This document shows positions 43,972 through 46,943 of a DNA stretch of 46,943 nucleotides, in pieces (position 1 is the stretch's first letter; the number at the start of each line of letters is the position of its first letter). The notes below the pieces were generated by a model. It saw only the letters and a list, made by a program, of their open reading frames with translations, was not told where the DNA came from and did not search any database. Source of the DNA: Chromatiales bacterium (GTDB taxonomy: Bacteria; Pseudomonadota; Gammaproteobacteria; Steroidobacterales; BM003); assembly GCA_029864735.1 (NCBI GenBank), contig JAOTSW010000002.1, positions 1 through 46,943 on the forward strand, given 5' to 3'. The position numbers and the translations under genes are program-made.

Positions 43972-45468
43972 ATGCTCATGGGACAGAAGATCGACCGGGA
44001 AAACCTGACTGAGGAGGACTACCGGCTTTTTTCCGAAAGGCTGCAGCAGTGCCTGCAAGCGATGGAAACACTGCTGCAAAAAAAGGATTTCGGACAAGGC
44101 GAATGCTCTCTGGGCGCCGAACTTGAAGTCACCATCATTGATAGCGATGGCCGACCGCTTCCAGTCAGCCACCAGGCGCTCGGCCCGGAACTGGATCCGA
44201 GAATTCAGCCAGAAGTGACCCGGTTCAGCCTGGAGTTCAACCTGGACCCGGTGGCCGCAAGGGGCGCCTCGTTCACCAATATCCAGCAACAGCTGACCAG
44301 CGGTGTTTCGCTCATGGGCCAGGCGACAGCGCCGCACGGAGGTTCGATTTCCACGATAGGCATTCTTCCCACGCTGCGTCGCGAGGACCTGGGCGACGAG
44401 GCCATCACCAACCTGCCCCGCTATAACCTGCTGTCAAAGACCTTGCGCAGCAGACGACAGGCGTCATTCCAGATAAATATCAACGGCGAGGAACAGTTGC
44501 TCGCCACATCCAATTCCGTGGTGCTCGAAGGCAGCAACACGTCGCTACAACTTCACCTGCGCGTGGCACCGGATGAATTTGCGGCCACCTTTAACGCAGC
44601 CCAGATGGTCACTCCCCTCGCCCTGGCGATCTCCGGCAATTCACCCTACTTCCTCGGTTGCCGACTCTGGGATGAAACCCGGATCGCACTATTCAAACAG
44701 TCAGTGGACAGCCGAAGCACCGCCCCGGTTGCCTGGCGTCGCGCTGCAAGAGTTCCATTCGGCTATGGCTGGGTGCGCAACAGCGTACTGGAGCAGTTTG
44801 CCGAGTCGGTCTTGCTATTCGAGCCCATACTGCCGATATGCTCTGACCGGGATCCACGAGATGAAGTGGCCGCCGGTCGGGTGCCGGCACTGTCCGAACT
44901 CGCCATACATCAAAGCACCATCTGGCAATGGAACCGGGCGATCTTCGATCCGGCCCTTGGCGGGCACTTCAGATTGGAGCTTCGCGCCCTGCCCTCGGGG
45001 CCGACACCTGTGGACATGACCGCTAACTCCGCCTTCCTGCTCGGTGCAACTGTCGGGTGGGCCAGCCGCATGCAATCCATGCTGCCGGGCTTCCCTTTCC
45101 AGTACGCAGAATACAATTTCTACCGTGCCGCCCAGGCCGGGCTGAACGCACAATTGTTGTGGCCGACCCGGGAACCCGTCTCCCCACGGGAACGTCCTGT
45201 AACAGAGCTGATCCTGGAGAACCTGCCCATCGCCCAGGAAGGCCTGGACATGATGGGGGTCAATTCATCGGAAAGCCGGCGGTTGCTGGACATCATCCAA
45301 CAGCGTTGCGAGCGCGGCATTAACGGGGCCCGCTGGCAAAGCACCAGGGTCAGGCAACTGGAAACAGGCGCCTCGCGGGACGAGGCACTTCAGGGCATGC
45401 TGCGGGAATATCAGGCCTTGGCCAGGGAAGGCAATCCCCTGCATCAGTGGCCACTGGACGAGGCTTGA
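43972..45468 (+). CDS. glutamate--cysteine ligase family 2 (GCS2-like carboxylate-amine ligase) protein
   Basis: The sequence LGAELEVTIID...PEVTRFSLEFNL...SLQLHLRV...ISGNSPYFLGCRLWDETRIALF follows the GCS2/YbdK-type motif order. The start could be the ATG at 43972 or 43978. The longer ORF starts at 43942. Confidence 0.72.
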   Translation: MLMGQKIDRENLTEEDYRLFSERLQQCLQAMETLLQKKDFGQGECSLGAELEVTIIDSDGRPLPVSHQALGPELDPRIQPEVTRFSLEFNLDPVAARGASFTNIQQQLTSGVSLMGQATAPHGGSISTIGILPTLRREDLGDEAITNLPRYNLLSKTLRSRRQASFQININGEEQLLATSNSVVLEGSNTSLQLHLRVAPDEFAATFNAAQMVTPLALAISGNSPYFLGCRLWDETRIALFKQSVDSRSTAPVAWRRAARVPFGYGWVRNSVLEQFAESVLLFEPILPICSDRDPRDEVAAGRVPALSELAIHQSTIWQWNRAIFDPALGGHFRLELRALPSGPTPVDMTANSAFLLGATVGWASRMQSMLPGFPFQYAEYNFYRAAQAGLNAQLLWPTREPVSPRERPVTELILENLPIAQEGLDMMGVNSSESRRLLDIIQQRCERGINGARWQSTRVRQLETGASRDEALQGMLREYQALAREGNPLHQWPLDEA

Positions 45469-45482
45469 ACAAACCAAAAAAA

Positions 45483-45496
45483 CCCGGTAACCCGGG
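45483..45496. terminator. short bidirectional-type hairpin between the convergent GCS2-like and ilvE genes
   Basis: The hairpin is CCCGG-taac-CCGGG. It is flanked by an A-run (AAAAAAA) upstream and CCTTTCTT downstream, within the 38-nt gap. Confidence 0.4.
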
Positions 45497-45506
45497 CCTT
45501 TCTTCC

Positions 45507-46517
45507 TCAGATCCTGGTTAACCAGCCGTGACGATCTTCCGCCAGACCGCCCTGCACGTCCGTCAGGGCCTTGCGCAATTTCATCGCGTTGGGCCCGACC
45601 TCACCATTACCCATCTTGTAGGTCTTGCCGTGGCAAACCAGTTCACCCACCGGCGACAGGACAGCCGCCGTGCCTGACAATGCAGCCTCGCTGGAGGCTG
45701 AGCGCTCAAGCAACTCGTCCACGGTGAATGGGCGCTCTTCCACCTGGTAACCCATGTCTCGGGCCAGGGTCAGAAGACTGTCCCGGGTCACACCGTGCAG
45801 GAAAGTCGGATCCAGTGCCTTGGTCAGGATTCGCTTGTCATCGATCAACAGAAAATTAGCGGCGCCGGTTTCCTGCACATCACCGTCCGGGCAAAACAGG
45901 ACCTGGTCCACGCCGTGTTCCCTGCGCGCCTCCATGGTCACCCGCAGGGCTGCCGCATAATTCCCACCAGTCTTCACGCGGCCCATTTGGGTAGTGGTAC
46001 GCATGGTCTTGTCGGCAACCAGCAGTCGTAGCGGACGCAGGCCGCCGGCAAAGTAATCACCTACCGGCGACACCAGCACAAACAGGCAGGCATCGGTGCT
46101 GGGCAGTGCCGCTGCACCGATATCCGGCGAAGTGCCCATCAGGCAGGGTCGGATATAAAGCGATTCGGGCAGGCCCGGAATTTCGTCGCGCACCGCATCC
46201 ACCACTTTGAAAATGGCCTTGCGAACCATCTCTACTCCGGGGAAGGGCAGGCACATGGCTTCAGCGCTCTGACGCATACGCTCCAGGTGACGATCCAGGC
46301 GGAAAATACGCACCTGGCCATCGGCCCAGCGGTAGGCCTTCATACCCTCAAAAATCGTGCTGGAATAGTGTAGTACGTGAGCTGCCGGGTGCAGCGACAG
46401 AGGCTGGACCGGCTGTAAATTAATCTCTCCCCACTGACCATTGCTACTGTTGGCAATAGCCATCTGCTTGCAAAACACCGTACCGAACTTTGCCGCAGGC
46501 TTTTTATCCGCCGTCAT
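45507..46517 (-). CDS. ilvE: branched-chain amino acid aminotransferase (class IV)
   Basis: The sequence HVLHYSSTIFEGMKAYR...FRLDRHLERMRQSAE...GGNYAAAL...GAANFLLI...LHGVTRDSLL shows BCAT-type motifs at the typical 336-aa length. Confidence 0.93.
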   Translation of the reverse strand: MTADKKPAAKFGTVFCKQMAIANSSNGQWGEINLQPVQPLSLHPAAHVLHYSSTIFEGMKAYRWADGQVRIFRLDRHLERMRQSAEAMCLPFPGVEMVRKAIFKVVDAVRDEIPGLPESLYIRPCLMGTSPDIGAAALPSTDACLFVLVSPVGDYFAGGLRPLRLLVADKTMRTTTQMGRVKTGGNYAAALRVTMEARREHGVDQVLFCPDGDVQETGAANFLLIDDKRILTKALDPTFLHGVTRDSLLTLARDMGYQVEERPFTVDELLERSASSEAALSGTAAVLSPVGELVCHGKTYKMGNGEVGPNAMKLRKALTDVQGGLAEDRHGWLTRI

Positions 46518-46943
46518 GCTGACTCCAACTCACAATTTCGATCGTTTTTCGGCGGACAAGCCCCCGAATAATCCCGAACTATGAACCAAAGACAGTCACT
46601 TTTGAAGGGCATGCCCCGGCCCCGCAACCATCCTGAATCGGGCCCTGGCCCGCAATCCCATGTAGCTAATAGGCTTTTCGCCCAGGAGGCTAAACCGCAG
46701 CAATTTTCCTGACCTCAAACCCGCCTGTCAGGGCCGGGTAATTGGGATTGGAATGCGAGAGAACAGCGTCGTTCACGCCCCTCCGATCCTAATAGGAGGG
46801 CCCGGGGAGATTGGCCATACCCTGGAATGATCACATCTGTTGCCGCTACATCGCGGTAAATGTCGGTCTGCGTCTGTAACCACGCTTCCGACCCGGAAAC
46901 TAGAGGGCCAGCATCACCCTGATCCTGCCCTCAAGATTCTCAC

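Noticed and set aside
46901-46943. This may be the 3' end of a minus-strand gene at the right edge (...ENLEGRIRVMLAL stop).
   Set aside because: Only 14 codons are visible, which is too few to distinguish a gene from chance, so it is not reported as a feature.
1-46943. I searched by eye for CRISPR repeats, IS or transposase genes, integrase genes, tRNA/rRNA genes and long tandem repeats.
   Set aside because: I found none. Intergenic regions are short, and the only repeats seen are short hairpins. Reading by eye cannot exclude diverged or short elements, so a tRNAscan, Rfam or repeat-finder run would be needed for certainty.

Overview
This is a 46.9-kb, moderately GC-rich, densely coding chromosomal segment. 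The gene content (lipA, ppnN/ygdH-type nucleosidase, msrA, ilvE, Kef-type CPA2 antiporter, GldA/F/G-like ABC system) suggests a gammaproteobacterium, but that is inference only. I call 43 protein-coding genes, one of them partial at the left edge, plus a few stem-loops and one candidate promoter element. I found no rRNA, tRNA, CRISPR array, transposase, integrase or clear tandem repeat by eye. Most of the window is ordinary core genome: transporters, redox and housekeeping enzymes, one ECF sigma factor and two response regulators. The one clearly accessory or phage-like element is at the extreme left edge. There, a contractile-tail sheath gene (353-1927, minus) is the first gene of its transcription unit, and its stop codon overlaps the start codon of a GGCT-fold (gamma-glutamylcyclotransferase-like) gene that runs out of the window. 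I consider this the best candidate for something unusual, but most of the putative system would lie outside the sequence given. Secondary candidates are: (1) a stand-alone EF-G paralog with a 504-nt leader, followed by a DUF62 SAM hydroxide adenosyltransferase gene; (2) a tightly packed minus-strand cluster NYN/OST-HTH - alpha/beta hydrolase - secreted acidic protein - OsmC - SDR; (3) a Kef / Kv channel / Nudix / GST co-directional block with overlapping reading frames; (4) an ECF sigma gene with no adjacent anti-sigma gene. I cannot show from sequence alone that any of these is a new system. All family assignments rest on motifs I recognise in the translated ORFs, not on database searches. 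Many start codons were moved inward from the longest-ORF track on the basis of RBS, signal-peptide or family N-terminus logic.
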